A stretch of 64,000 nt of DNA from positions 5,216,001-5,280,000 of the forward strand of contig OX638351.1 of the NCBI GenBank assembly GCA_951813565.1, given 5' to 3'. Under the pieces are notes generated by a model. It had not been told where the DNA came from. It saw only the letters and a list, made by a program, of their open reading frames with translations, and did not search any database. Each line of letters begins with the position of its first letter. Positions within the stretch are counted from its first letter, which is position 1. Below, one piece after another: positions 17,145-27,748 of the stretch. Position numbers and translations under genes: made by a program. This stretch comes from an uncultured Poribacteria bacterium. GTDB taxonomy: Bacteria; Poribacteria; WGA-4E; WGA-3G.

Positions 17145-19753
17145 AGCCAATTCGCCAATTATCAGTTGTGCCAACGTTGCCAGAGAATCTTGAACCACTG
17201 CGAGAGTTGGCATTGAACTTGTGGTGGACTTGGGATAATGAAGCACTTAGCCTATTTCGCCATCTCGATTCGGAACTATGGGAAGAGACCTATCACAACC
17301 CCGTTGCGATGCTTGGAAAAATTTCACAGAAACAGTTGCAAGTAGCAGCGAAAAACGAGGTCTTTTTAGCCCACCTTGATGTTATTCAGAAAAAGTTTAA
17401 ATCGTACCTTTCTGCCCCATCATGGTTTGAAAACTATTCAAACAACAAACCCCTCGCGAAGATACAAATTGCATATTTTTCTATGGAATTCGGACTGACA
17501 GAGTGCATGCCGCTTTACTCTGGCGGTCTGGGTGTTTTGGCGGGGGACCACCTGAAATCAACCAGTTATTTGGGACTTCCGTTTGTTGGCGTTGGGTTGC
17601 TTTATCAACACGGCTATTTTCGTCAAACGCTAACGTCGGACGGTTGGCAGATGGCAGATTATCCGACAAATGACTTTTACAATATGCCGATTCAACCTGC
17701 GCAAAAGACAGATGGAACGCAGCTTCTGGTTGAGGTTGATTATCCTGAAGGGAAGGCATTTGCCAAGGTCTGGCGTGCACAGGTCGGACGCGTGCCTTTA
17801 TATCTATTGGATACGAATATACCTGAGAATGAAAATATAGGACTGCGCGACATCACCGATTATTTATACGGTGGTGATGAACGGATGCGAATTAAGCAGG
17901 AGATTCTGCTTGGAATTGGCGGGTATCGTGCTTTAGCAGCACTTGGTATTCGTCCGACTGTATGCCACATGAACGAGGGGCACGCAGCGTTTTTGGCACT
18001 TGAACGGATACGCCAATTGATGGTAGAAAGCGGTATCGGTTTTGATGAAGCACGCGAAGCCACTACAGCAGGAAATATCTTTACAACCCACACACCTGTT
18101 CCCGCAGGGATTGATTGGTTTCCGCCCGATCTCGTAAAACATTATTTCAGAAATTACTTTGGCACACTCGGAATTTCAGAGGAGAAGTTCCTCGGTTTAG
18201 GAAGAAAAAATCCATCAGACAATAGCAGTGAATTCAGTCCAGCCTTAGTCGCGCTGCGATTTTCAACAATGTCTAACTGTGTTAGTCAATTACACGGACA
18301 TGTTTCCCGTAACATGTGGAAAGAACTTTGGCAAAATCTTCCTGTGCATGAAGTTCCTATTAAGGCGATAACAAATGGTATTCATACCCGATCTTGGGTT
18401 TCGGAGGATATGCAGAGTCTGTTTGACAGGTATCTTGGTCCTAAGTGGATTGTTGACCTCACAAATCAAGACGTTTGGACTCAGATTTCGCAGATTCCAG
18501 ATACGGAGTTGTGGCGAACCCACGAACGAAGGCGAGAACGTCTTATCGCTTTCGCACGGCAGCGACAAAGCCAAAAACGGCGCAAGAGTGCTGACCAAAC
18601 TTTGATGGCACAAGAGACTGATCAAGAACACGAAACTGGCCCAAAGACACTCAATTCTGCAGCATTAACGATTGGATTTGCCCGCCGGTTTGCCACTTAT
18701 AAGCGTGCTACACTACTGTTCAACGATCTTGACCGACTCGCGAAAATTCTCAACGATCCAGAACGTCCCGTGCAGCTTATCTTTGCCGGAAAAGCACACC
18801 CGCACGACCATGAGGGTAAAGTCTTAATTCAAAAGATTCATAAGATCGCTACAGAACTGAGATTCCAGCATAAAATTCTCTTTATTGAAAATTATGACAT
18901 CTGTGTTGGTCGCTACCTTGTTGAAGGCGTTGATGTATGGCTCAATACCCCGCTGCCACCGAATGAGGCAAGCGGCACAAGTGGAATGAAAGCGGCAGCA
19001 AACGGCGCACTCAATCTTAGTATGGCTGATGGATGGTGGGCAGAGGCGCAACATCTCGGCGGTGGTTGGACGATTGATGCTACACCTGAAGCGGATGACA
19101 CTAAATCCGTCAACAAAGCACATGCAAATGCAATCTATGACTTACTTGAAAACGAGGTTGTCCCGCTATTTTACGATCGAGACCCTGTTGACGATATTCC
19201 TTATGGATGGGTTGCAAGGATGAAGACAGCGATGCAGAACTTGGCACCAGTGTTCAACACAAAACGCATGGTCGCAGAATATGCAGAACGCCTCTATTTT
19301 CCAGCACACCAAAGATGGCTCAAACTGAATCAGGATGGTACACGCCGCAGCATCGCACTCGCCAATTGGAAAGCAAACATTCGAAAGCATTGGAGCAATT
19401 TGCGTATTGAGGAGCAAATTTCCAAAGCGCAGAGTGATATACCACAAAAAAGTGTCTCAGCACTTACTGTCGGAGAATCGGTTACAATTCAGGCTGTTGT
19501 TCGTACAGATGCGCTGTTCCCGAATGAACTCGCTGTCCAAATTTACCACGGCGTGTTAGATGCAACTGGCGAAATTCAGAACGGCAGCGTAACTGAGATG
19601 GAATATCAGGAAGACCTTGGCAGCGGAAAATATCTATTTGAAGGCACACTTAGTCTAAACCAAACAGGTCTGCATGGTTATACGTTACGTGTTTTACCAT
19701 CGCACGAGGATTTAGAATCTGTCTACGAACTCGGACTCATAACATGGGCATAA
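17141..19753 (+). CDS. glgP: Alpha-glucan (glycogen) phosphorylase
   Basis: YSGGLGVLAGDHLKS, HMNEGH, GFARRFATYKRA and EASGTSGMKAA. Confidence 0.96.
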   Translation: MKPIRQLSVVPTLPENLEPLRELALNLWWTWDNEALSLFRHLDSELWEETYHNPVAMLGKISQKQLQVAAKNEVFLAHLDVIQKKFKSYLSAPSWFENYSNNKPLAKIQIAYFSMEFGLTECMPLYSGGLGVLAGDHLKSTSYLGLPFVGVGLLYQHGYFRQTLTSDGWQMADYPTNDFYNMPIQPAQKTDGTQLLVEVDYPEGKAFAKVWRAQVGRVPLYLLDTNIPENENIGLRDITDYLYGGDERMRIKQEILLGIGGYRALAALGIRPTVCHMNEGHAAFLALERIRQLMVESGIGFDEAREATTAGNIFTTHTPVPAGIDWFPPDLVKHYFRNYFGTLGISEEKFLGLGRKNPSDNSSEFSPALVALRFSTMSNCVSQLHGHVSRNMWKELWQNLPVHEVPIKAITNGIHTRSWVSEDMQSLFDRYLGPKWIVDLTNQDVWTQISQIPDTELWRTHERRRERLIAFARQRQSQKRRKSADQTLMAQETDQEHETGPKTLNSAALTIGFARRFATYKRATLLFNDLDRLAKILNDPERPVQLIFAGKAHPHDHEGKVLIQKIHKIATELRFQHKILFIENYDICVGRYLVEGVDVWLNTPLPPNEASGTSGMKAAANGALNLSMADGWWAEAQHLGGGWTIDATPEADDTKSVNKAHANAIYDLLENEVVPLFYDRDPVDDIPYGWVARMKTAMQNLAPVFNTKRMVAEYAERLYFPAHQRWLKLNQDGTRRSIALANWKANIRKHWSNLRIEEQISKAQSDIPQKSVSALTVGESVTIQAVVRTDALFPNELAVQIYHGVLDATGEIQNGSVTEMEYQEDLGSGKYLFEGTLSLNQTGLHGYTLRVLPSHEDLESVYELGLITWA

Positions 19754-19885
19754 TTTCGTGGGAAGGTTTGTATCCCGTTTTTCCGTTGCGTAAACCTATT
19801 TTTGTGCGTATAATAGAATAGGTTGTGTAGGGTAAGATAGTATTGATTCAAACGAAGTTAGCACAGAATTAAAAAACACTCACAA

Positions 19886-20473
19886 ATGGAAAGAAAAGCA
19901 GAAATTACACGCGAAACCAGGGAAACCCAAATCCGCCTCAGTCTAAACCTTGACGGAAACGGAACGTCCAATATCAACACTGGCGTTGGATTTCTGGATC
20001 ACATGTTAGAACTTTTTGCAAAACACGGATTCTTTGATCTGGAAGTTGAAGCGAAGGGTGATTTGCATGTAGACGCACATCACACGACAGAGGATGTTGG
20101 TATCTGCTTAGGACAGGCATTGCAGAAGGCAGTAGGCGACAAAGCAGGGATGAGACGTTTTGGCAGTTTCGCTGTCCCAATGTACGAATCTCTTGCGAAA
20201 GTTGATCTGGATATCTGTGGACGACCCTTTCTACATTACGAAACACCCCTTGACTCTGGTAAAGTCGGTGAATTTGATATAGAATTGACTGAGGAATTTT
20301 TCCACGGATTTGTGAACAATAGCGGCACAACTTTACACATTAACGTCCCGTATGGCACAAATCAACATCACATTATTGAAGCGATTTTTAAGGCGGTTGC
20401 AAAAGCATTAGATATTGCAACTCAATTTGACGAGCGTATTACTGGTGTGCTTTCTACTAAAGGAAGTTTGTAG
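19886..20473 (+). CDS. hisB: Imidazoleglycerol-phosphate dehydratase
   Basis: [18 protein letters not shown] and [12 protein letters not shown]. Confidence 0.97.
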   Translation: MERKAEITRETRETQIRLSLNLDGNGTSNINTGVGFLDHMLELFAKHGFFDLEVEAKGDLHVDAHHTTEDVGICLGQALQKAVGDKAGMRRFGSFAVPMYESLAKVDLDICGRPFLHYETPLDSGKVGEFDIELTEEFFHGFVNNSGTTLHINVPYGTNQHHIIEAIFKAVAKALDIATQFDERITGVLSTKGSL

Positions 20474-20761
20474 GAAACCAAAATATTTTCTTAAGAGTTT
20501 GTGGCATTTGTAGTCGCGCAATTCATTGCGCCTCGGACATTTATTTCTTTATAGTCGCACAATTTACTGTGCCTCCTACATTTACTAAACTTCGGACAAT
20601 TTATGTGTTTCAGAAAGCCTTATAAAAAGGTGACACCCAATAGAAAGCCCAGCGGGGCGATATGTGTATAATTATAGTGTTTCAATAATTGAAGGTCTTA
20701 CGAATACTTTAATTTTTTAGGCAAATACGAGTCCAATACCCATTCATCGTAGGAGAACTCT

Positions 20762-22054
20762 ATGAGTAACGGCAACGTTATCGCAGTAATTCTTGGAGGC
20801 GGACGCGGCGCACGCCTATTTCCATTAACACGCGACCGCGCAAAACCGAGTGTCCCGATTGCTGGTAAATTTCGGTTGGTTGACATCCCGATTAGCAACT
20901 GCCTACATTCAGGGTTAGAACGCATTTATGTTTTAACCCAGTTCAATTCCGTTTCTCTGAACAGACACATCGCACAAACTTATCGTTTTGACTCTTATCG
21001 CCGAGGGTTCGTCCAAATTTTGGCAGCACAACAAACGCTCATGGGCGATGAATGGTATCAGGGTACAGCGGATGCTGTTAAGCACAATCAACCTTATATT
21101 CTCAACCCACGTATAGCAGACGATCACGTTCTAATCCTTGCAGGCGACCATCTCTATCGGATGGATTATCGGAAAATGTTGGCAGTTCACACTGAAACCA
21201 ATGCGGACATAACGGTATCTGTGATTCCTGTGAAAAAAGAGGTTACAAGCGGACTTGGTATCCTCCAAGCTGATGCGAACGGACGTATAACCGATTTTGT
21301 CGAAAAACCGCAAACAGCGGAGGAACTACAGCAGTTATGTGTTGAACCTGATGTTTTTACCTCGCGTGGAATTGAGTCCAAAGGGAGAGAATACATCGCC
21401 TCTATGGGAATTTATATCTTTAACAGTGATGTCTTGCAAGAGGTCCTCCAAGATGATTCAAATGTGGATTTCGGAAAAAATATTATTCCGAAAAGCATTA
21501 AGACGCGCCAAGTTTCTGCATACTTTTTCGATGGGTATTGGGAGGATATTGGGACGATTCACTCCTTCTATTCTGCCAATATTGCCCTAACTGATGTATC
21601 ACCTGAATTCAATTTCTACGATGAACAAGCACCGATCTACACCAACCGCAGACATTTACCGAGCACCAAAGTAAATAGCAGTAGTGTCCGATCCTCTATT
21701 CTCGCTGAAGGTTCAATCATTGATGATTCGGAACTTGACAGAACGATTGTCGGTATTCGCAGTATTATCTCTAACGGTAGTAGAATTTATCAGTCTGTGC
21801 TTATGGGAGCAGATTACTATGAGTCCGATACACTCCGTGCAGAAAACACCAAAGCAGGGATTCCGAGTATTGGTATTGGGAGAAAATGCTTAATTCAAAA
21901 TGCAATTATTGACAAAAATGCGCGAATAGGTGATAATGCTGTCATAGCAAATACAAAAAATCTTGACAATCACGATGCGGTTAACTATTATATTCGTGAT
22001 GGAATTGTGATTGTCCCTAAAGACGCAACAATTCTACCTGATACGGTTATCTAA
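20762..22054 (+). CDS. glgC: Glucose-1-phosphate adenylyltransferase
   Basis: LGGGRGARLFPLT..RAKPSVP, WYQGTADAV, FVEKP and GYWEDIGT. Confidence 0.97.
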   Translation: MSNGNVIAVILGGGRGARLFPLTRDRAKPSVPIAGKFRLVDIPISNCLHSGLERIYVLTQFNSVSLNRHIAQTYRFDSYRRGFVQILAAQQTLMGDEWYQGTADAVKHNQPYILNPRIADDHVLILAGDHLYRMDYRKMLAVHTETNADITVSVIPVKKEVTSGLGILQADANGRITDFVEKPQTAEELQQLCVEPDVFTSRGIESKGREYIASMGIYIFNSDVLQEVLQDDSNVDFGKNIIPKSIKTRQVSAYFFDGYWEDIGTIHSFYSANIALTDVSPEFNFYDEQAPIYTNRRHLPSTKVNSSSVRSSILAEGSIIDDSELDRTIVGIRSIISNGSRIYQSVLMGADYYESDTLRAENTKAGIPSIGIGRKCLIQNAIIDKNARIGDNAVIANTKNLDNHDAVNYYIRDGIVIVPKDATILPDTVI

Positions 22055-22122
22055 ACCTAACGTTTAGCGAGTAGAGTTTACGCTCTACCGCTATGAAGCC
22101 TTTGGCAAAAGGAGCGTTTCAC

Positions 22123-22893
22123 ATGTCCAAAATGTTATCACTTCTATTTCTTAGTCTTTTGATAATTTCACCACAAGTCGTCGCACTTGATACAGATGGC
22201 TTGGTTGGCGCATGGCTGTTTGATGATGGCAAAGGGGAAACCGTTACCGATTCTTCAGATAATGGCTTAGATGGAAAAATAGCAAGAGGAAACCCAAAAT
22301 GGGTTGATGGAAAATTCGGTGGCGCAATGGAATTTGGTGGCGCAGACATGGTGACAGTTGCTGATGATGCTGCACTTGATCTCAAATCCTTTACACTCTC
22401 AGCGTGGGTGAATATTCCGAAAATTTCCGGTCCCTGGCAAATTATTGCATCAAAGGAGAATCGCAATCCAACTGGACGAAACTACGGAACGTTCGCGCAC
22501 ACTAACTCTGGTGTAGTTCATTATTCCTTCACAACAGGCGGCTGGAAGTCGTTTGATGCAAAAACTGTCATAACTGATGGAAAATGGCGTCATATCGTCG
22601 CAACCTATGCAAAGCCGGATTTCAAACTTTATGTTGATGGGGAGGTTGATGCGCAAACGGCACCAAATACCGATCCCGATAACCATGATAATTTCCTCTA
22701 TATCGGAGGATGTGACATCGGAAACTATTGGATGAGCGGTACTATTGACGAGGTCGTTCTCTACGATAGGGCCCTTGATGAGGCGGAAATCAACGAATTA
22801 ATGGAAAAAGGCATCACAGATGCTTTAGACGTAAAACCGGGTGGGAAACTGGTAACTACGTGGAGCCAGATTAAATCACACGCTACTCAGTAG
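22123..22893 (+). CDS. Secreted LamG-like jellyroll protein with C-terminal TTWxxIK tag
   Basis: Signal peptide, LVGAWLFDDG, WRHIVATY, GTIDEVVLYDRAL; ends VKPGGKLVTTWSQIK. Confidence 0.88.
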   Translation: MSKMLSLLFLSLLIISPQVVALDTDGLVGAWLFDDGKGETVTDSSDNGLDGKIARGNPKWVDGKFGGAMEFGGADMVTVADDAALDLKSFTLSAWVNIPKISGPWQIIASKENRNPTGRNYGTFAHTNSGVVHYSFTTGGWKSFDAKTVITDGKWRHIVATYAKPDFKLYVDGEVDAQTAPNTDPDNHDNFLYIGGCDIGNYWMSGTIDEVVLYDRALDEAEINELMEKGITDALDVKPGGKLVTTWSQIKSHATQ

Positions 22894-23008
22894 TATTTTG
22901 TATCAACACTGTAAACTCCATAAGCGCGGTTGTATGCTGCGCTTATACTAATTATCACTTTACTAACCACACATATTTATGCGGTTATAATAAAATGAGG
23001 AGAATATA

Positions 23009-23773
23009 ATGAATAAGATCACAATTTTTGTAATTCTAACCCTTTTTGCTGTTTCACCAAATCTAATGGCAGTAACGACCGACGGACTTGTCGGTGCATG
23101 GTTGTTTGATGACGGTACAGGTAATGCGGTTTCGGATTCATCCGGTAATGATTTAGATGGCGAACTTGTAAATGGTGAACCTAAATGGGGCGATGGTAAA
23201 TTTGATGGTGCAATGGAATTTGGTGGGGCAGATATGGTAACCGTCCCTGACAATGATGCACTTGACCTAACATCCTTTACGATCGCTGCCTGGATTAATA
23301 GTCCGGAAACATCGGGAAGATGGCATGTTATCGCCGCAAAAGAAACGCGCAATCCCACCGGACGAAACTACGGCATTTTTGGCCACGTCAACAGCGGTGT
23401 AATTCATTATTCCTTCACATCTGGTGGTTGGAAATCGTATGATGCGAAAACCAATGTCACTGACGGTGCATGGCATCACGTCGCCGCAACCTATGAAAAA
23501 CCGAATTTCAAGCTCTACATAGATGGAGAACTCGATGCTGAAGTAGCCCCGAATGCAGACCCTGAGAGCAACGACAGTCCGCTGTATATTGGTGGGTGCG
23601 ACATCGGAAACTATTGGATGACTGGTACAATTGACGAGGTCGTTCTCTATGACAGAGCACTTAGCGAACAAGAAATTGCTGAATTGATTCAGGATGGGAT
23701 GGTTTCGGTGACTCCAGTGGAACCTATCGGAAAGTTGGCGACGACTTGGAGCCAGATCAAAGCAGTAAGGTAA
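23009..23773 (+). CDS. Secreted LamG-like jellyroll protein, tandem paralog
   Basis: Highly similar to the upstream gene; ends VEPIGKLATTWSQIK. Confidence 0.88.
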   Translation: MNKITIFVILTLFAVSPNLMAVTTDGLVGAWLFDDGTGNAVSDSSGNDLDGELVNGEPKWGDGKFDGAMEFGGADMVTVPDNDALDLTSFTIAAWINSPETSGRWHVIAAKETRNPTGRNYGIFGHVNSGVIHYSFTSGGWKSYDAKTNVTDGAWHHVAATYEKPNFKLYIDGELDAEVAPNADPESNDSPLYIGGCDIGNYWMTGTIDEVVLYDRALSEQEIAELIQDGMVSVTPVEPIGKLATTWSQIKAVR

Positions 23774-23918
23774 ATTCTACTGTGCGCTTTGCGTTCCCGA
23801 AAAATTTGAGCGAATTTCGTGCACAAACACATGGATCTCGTCCTATTTTGGATGGACCCTAAAACTATAAGAACAATACAGCATATTTGCTTCTATTGAA
23901 GGAAGGCATACTCTTAAT

Positions 23919-24194
23919 ATGGCTGAAGTAAGACAGCAGCTACTTGTTCTACATTTACACACACCAGACCTCAACAGCCACGTCGTTGCATGGGCAATGT
24001 ACGATGGCACTGGCGAAAAACGCTATACTACTGGTGATAGCGAGGCTCCACCCTATAACTCCGTTATAGAAGCAATGCAGGATGGTTGGCGGGTTATTCA
24101 GTTTCCACAGCAATTTCCTGCTTTTCCCGGCATGGAGTATCACACTTCATATCTAAGATTCGAATATATCTTGGAGAAATTGGAGGAAATCTAA
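23919..24194 (+). CDS. Small hypothetical protein coupled to the dioxygenase gene
   Basis: Ribosome binding site present; stop overlaps the next ATG (TAATG). Confidence 0.7.
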   Translation: MAEVRQQLLVLHLHTPDLNSHVVAWAMYDGTGEKRYTTGDSEAPPYNSVIEAMQDGWRVIQFPQQFPAFPGMEYHTSYLRFEYILEKLEEI

Positions 24195-25012
24195 TGGTTG
24201 ATAAACAGTATCTCCTTACCACAGAACAGATGGCGAATTTTGTAGCCGACGGTTACCTTCGCTTTGACGATTTTATCCCCGATGAATTAAATAAAGCCGC
24301 ACATGCAGAAATGCAGTCTGGCGTTCAAGTTCGTGGTGGTGGTGGCACCGTATTAGACGATGTATGGCACGACGATTCCGCTGTAGGAAAAGTCTTTCGC
24401 CTCCCTCAGGTACAAGGCATTATTGAAAGCCTTGTCGGTGAGGCACCGTTGTTTGACCATCATGCTACTCACATTGTGCGACCACAGAGTCAACACGGAC
24501 AGATTTGGCACGCGGATGCTATCATTGATATTCGGATGCACTTCGACATTCAGTTCTTTTATTTTTCACACGACACACCACGCGAAATGGGTGGCACAAT
24601 GATTTTGCCCGGAAGCCATTTCAGACGGGTCTGTGAAACAGACATTGCGCGTTACCAAAACTTCCTTGGACAACATCCCATGGTATGTAATGCTGGCACA
24701 CTTGTCGTTGTTCACCACGGGATGTGGCACTGCGCACAACCGAATTTGACTGAAGATACCCGCTACATGTATAAACTACGTCTCAACCCGACTGTCCGCC
24801 AACTCAAACTTTGGAACACAGATGACATTGATGCTCCCGGTATCCGAGGCATTTTGAGTCGAAACCATAGATGGTATGGCAACGATGTTCGACTTGAAAT
24901 AGTCAACCGAATAAAACTTTGGCGGTTCCTTATCGGTGATGAATCGTACGATGTCGGTTATTGGCTATCTCGTCTTGAAAATATGCCGGAGAATGTCCCG
25001 AACGTTGCATAG
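24194..25012 (+). CDS. Phytanoyl-CoA dioxygenase (PhyH) family Fe/2OG enzyme
   Basis: LTTEQMANFVADGY, WHAD, GGTMILPGSH and HHGMWH. Confidence 0.85.
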   Translation: MVDKQYLLTTEQMANFVADGYLRFDDFIPDELNKAAHAEMQSGVQVRGGGGTVLDDVWHDDSAVGKVFRLPQVQGIIESLVGEAPLFDHHATHIVRPQSQHGQIWHADAIIDIRMHFDIQFFYFSHDTPREMGGTMILPGSHFRRVCETDIARYQNFLGQHPMVCNAGTLVVVHHGMWHCAQPNLTEDTRYMYKLRLNPTVRQLKLWNTDDIDAPGIRGILSRNHRWYGNDVRLEIVNRIKLWRFLIGDESYDVGYWLSRLENMPENVPNVA

Positions 25013-25053
25013 TTTGGACACGTCAGCGTGTTTAAACAACCTTCAAATATAAC

Positions 25054-25101
25054 AAAAACGAACCCACATGAACTTGCAAAAGTTCATGTGGGTTCGTTTT
25101 T
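25054..25101. terminator. Bidirectional intrinsic terminator
   Basis: Long perfect inverted repeat with A/T tails between convergent genes. Confidence 0.8.
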
Positions 25102-25127
25102 ATAAAGTTAATGTAAAATTATAGTTG

Positions 25128-25904
25128 TTAATCAATAGAAAAAGTAACAATTTCGCTACCATCCCCTCTGAGAATACCACGCTCCCGAAGTTGACGGATT
25201 ATCCGTTCACGATCCTCTTGCGAAACACCCCCAGATCTTCGAGGTGTATCTTGTGCTTTTTTCATCGCTTCTTCTTTGGCTTTTTTCATAGCAGCCTCTT
25301 TATCAAAGGATTCCTTATTGTTGCTACTTACGTTCTGATTAGAATTTTCTGATCTGGATGAACTACTGCGACGCGAACCACTACTATTGAGAAACGGCGT
25401 ATTTCTAATTCTAATTGTTATAGTTTCACCATTCTTGTCCAAAATTACTTTCTTCTCTTGAATTTCTTTTACGACTGCATCACCAACTTTATCGCCAAAA
25501 CCAGCTATATAAAATTTGTTTGAACGTTCCTCTAATATAAACGCTTCTGATAGACTACCGTTCGGGTCAATTGCAGTGCCAATCAGCGTATACTGAGGTT
25601 CTCTATTAGGTGGTCTCCAACCGAGCGGACGAAAGAGGTTATTATCAACAATTACTTTATAGAAATCTGAACTATCATCAGATTTTGCACTTTTCGAAAG
25701 TCTTTTTACACTCCAATTAGAACTTTTTTCAAGGTTTCGAAATTGACCCATCCGAGGTGTTGCTTGTAATTTCATTTCGTTTACTTTTGCTGTGGTGATT
25801 TCCTTTTTCATCGCATTCTGAGCTTGGAGTCGGACCCCAATTACAAGTAGTAGGATTGCTATACAACCTATTCCTGAAAAAATGAGGATTTTTGAATGTC
25901 TCAC
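25128..25904 (-). CDS. Membrane-anchored GspC/PilP-like (T2SS-C HR domain) protein
   Basis: N-terminal TM; NLFRPLG..YTLIGT..AFI..GDKVGDAVVKEIQEKKVILDKNGE. Confidence 0.6.
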   Translation of the reverse strand: MRHSKILIFSGIGCIAILLLVIGVRLQAQNAMKKEITTAKVNEMKLQATPRMGQFRNLEKSSNWSVKRLSKSAKSDDSSDFYKVIVDNNLFRPLGWRPPNREPQYTLIGTAIDPNGSLSEAFILEERSNKFYIAGFGDKVGDAVVKEIQEKKVILDKNGETITIRIRNTPFLNSSGSRRSSSSRSENSNQNVSSNNKESFDKEAAMKKAKEEAMKKAQDTPRRSGGVSQEDRERIIRQLRERGILRGDGSEIVTFSID

Positions 25905-26088
25905 TATATTCTCCTTATTTCAGAGCAAGCGACCATTATAAAAACGTAATGTATCATTAATTATATCATGATTAATTATGATTTGTAAAATCTACTTTAA
26001 ATCATCCTTCATATTTAAAGACGCGAATATATGGAAAAATTGTTGCATAATTTCCGCACTTTGTGAATCAACAGCGAGTGTGTAGTTT

Positions 26089-26230
26089 GTGATACCACCC
26101 ACTACCTAAAGGTAGGGGCTTCGGTTTCATCGCGATTGCGCTGTTTCCGAAGAAATCAGCGTCTTACTTTCGCTCCACCAGCAGGCTCTTATGCCGTATC
26201 AGAACGGTTTTATCGTGCATTATCACACGG
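26089..26230 (-). ncRNA. Predicted omegaRNA/reRNA scaffold of tnpB element 4
   Basis: About 130 nt non-coding, hairpin-rich segment between the tnpB stop and the right end. Shares GTGGAGC..GT(A/G)AGAC with element 1. Confidence 0.6.
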
Positions 26231-27332
26231 GTACCCCAGCCTGCAATATATTGATAGCAGCGTTGATGTCTCTATCGTGATGCGTCTGACATTGTTGGCA
26301 CGTCCAGTGCCTATCGGTGAGTTGTAAATCGTTGTTGCTGTGTCCGCAATGATGACACGGTTTGGTTGTGGGTTGCCATTTATCTGTTTTGGCAAGCACT
26401 TTCCCATATTTGTGGCAAGTCCATTCAAGAATGAGTGCAAACTCACCGAAGGCAATATCGGAGACTTTACGACCCCACAATCGTTTCATCGCATCAAGAT
26501 GAAGCGTTTCAATCGCAATGTAATCATATTTGTGAACGAGACGCAATGCTACCTTGAAAAACCAGTCTCTTCGTTGATTCGCTATCTTCTTATACGCGCG
26601 AGAAAGGTGGCGTTTCGCTTTATACCATCCATTAGATAAGTATGTCTTGCGAGATAACCCTTTGTGCGCACAACGGATAGCCCTGAGACTGTTCTTATAG
26701 AACTCGGGAGACTTTATCTGCGTGCCATCTGACAATGTGAGAAATGTTTTGAGACCAAAATCTATCCCTGCTCTATGACCTGTCTTGGGAAGATGTGCTA
26801 TCGGTTCAGATGCATTACAAGTCAGTATAAGATAATAATCCCCGACATTATCACGCTTGATCGTGACGGTTTTGATTTGACACGTCCAATCGCAATGTTT
26901 CCAAAAAGTAAACCACTTTTTTAGACAACTGATATAGATACGATTACCTTCAATCTTATAGCCCGCTTGTGTGAATGTCATGGAGTTATATTTATGTTGT
27001 GGTTTGATATGCGGTTTACCGATCCTTTTGGTCGTTTTACCGGATCGACGGTCTTCTATGTTTTGAAAAAACCTTTGGTAGCCTTTATCAATACGAAACA
27101 CAACATCTTGAATAACTTGGCTCGGTAGTTGGTTCCAATGTGGTTTTGTCCGTTTCTTCAACTTCGCAATATGCTTGTTCATTGTATACACAGGTATGTA
27201 TTTGCCAAATAGACGATAATAACGCCTTTGCAACTTCAGAACATGCACATGCACCTGATGTAGATCATCAAGCAGGTTGCCAAGTCGGATTAGATTAGAT
27301 TGGTGAGATAACTCGTATTTATACGCTTTCAT
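26223..27332 (-). CDS. tnpB: RNA-guided endonuclease TnpB
   Basis: GIDFGLK, IETLHL, HDRDINAAINI and a zinc finger. Confidence 0.95.
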   Translation of the reverse strand: MKAYKYELSHQSNLIRLGNLLDDLHQVHVHVLKLQRRYYRLFGKYIPVYTMNKHIAKLKKRTKPHWNQLPSQVIQDVVFRIDKGYQRFFQNIEDRRSGKTTKRIGKPHIKPQHKYNSMTFTQAGYKIEGNRIYISCLKKWFTFWKHCDWTCQIKTVTIKRDNVGDYYLILTCNASEPIAHLPKTGHRAGIDFGLKTFLTLSDGTQIKSPEFYKNSLRAIRCAHKGLSRKTYLSNGWYKAKRHLSRAYKKIANQRRDWFFKVALRLVHKYDYIAIETLHLDAMKRLWGRKVSDIAFGEFALILEWTCHKYGKVLAKTDKWQPTTKPCHHCGHSNNDLQLTDRHWTCQQCQTHHDRDINAAINILQAGVPV

Positions 27333-27492
27333 TGGTCGGTAAGTATATCATATCTATGAGGATAGACAAGGTTTTTTGTGTAAATAGTGGTCTGAGCCCG
27401 TCTACATCCCACAAGCTGAAGCATGGGGATTTGACGGGAAGGTGTTAACACATATACGATCACTACCTGTCAGTTTCAATACTGTCAAGTGT

Positions 27493-27607
27493 TATAGTAA
27501 AATTCACAATTACCTTTACATTGGCGAGGTTAGGAAACCTCGCCAGCGCATGCGTGTGGGAATTGCTGTTCATTGAAATGTGAACATATTATTGGATTTT
27601 ACTATAA
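27493..27607. repeat. MITE-E with internal REP hairpin
   Basis: TTATAGTAAAAT...ATTTTACTATAA inverted ends. Confidence 0.7.
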
Positions 27608-27667
27608 GTGTAATTATAGGCTTTACTATAATCTTGACTTGCCTTCTACATATCTGTCTTTGTACAA

Positions 27668-27713
27668 CAAAACCCCACAAGAACTTGCATAAGTCCCTGT
27701 GGGGTTCGTTTTT
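27668..27713 (-). terminator. Intrinsic terminator homologous to 25054-25101
   Basis: Imperfect inverted repeat of similar sequence, downstream of the paralogous gene. Confidence 0.65.
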
Positions 27714-27748
27714 GTAAAGTTGCTGTAAATTATGTCTGTAAATCTAAA

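Larger units (their letters stand above)
26089..27444 (-). mobile_element. IS200/IS605 family tnpB-only element 4
   Basis: End hairpins; right end TCAC; target TTAA (27445-27448). Confidence 0.85.
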
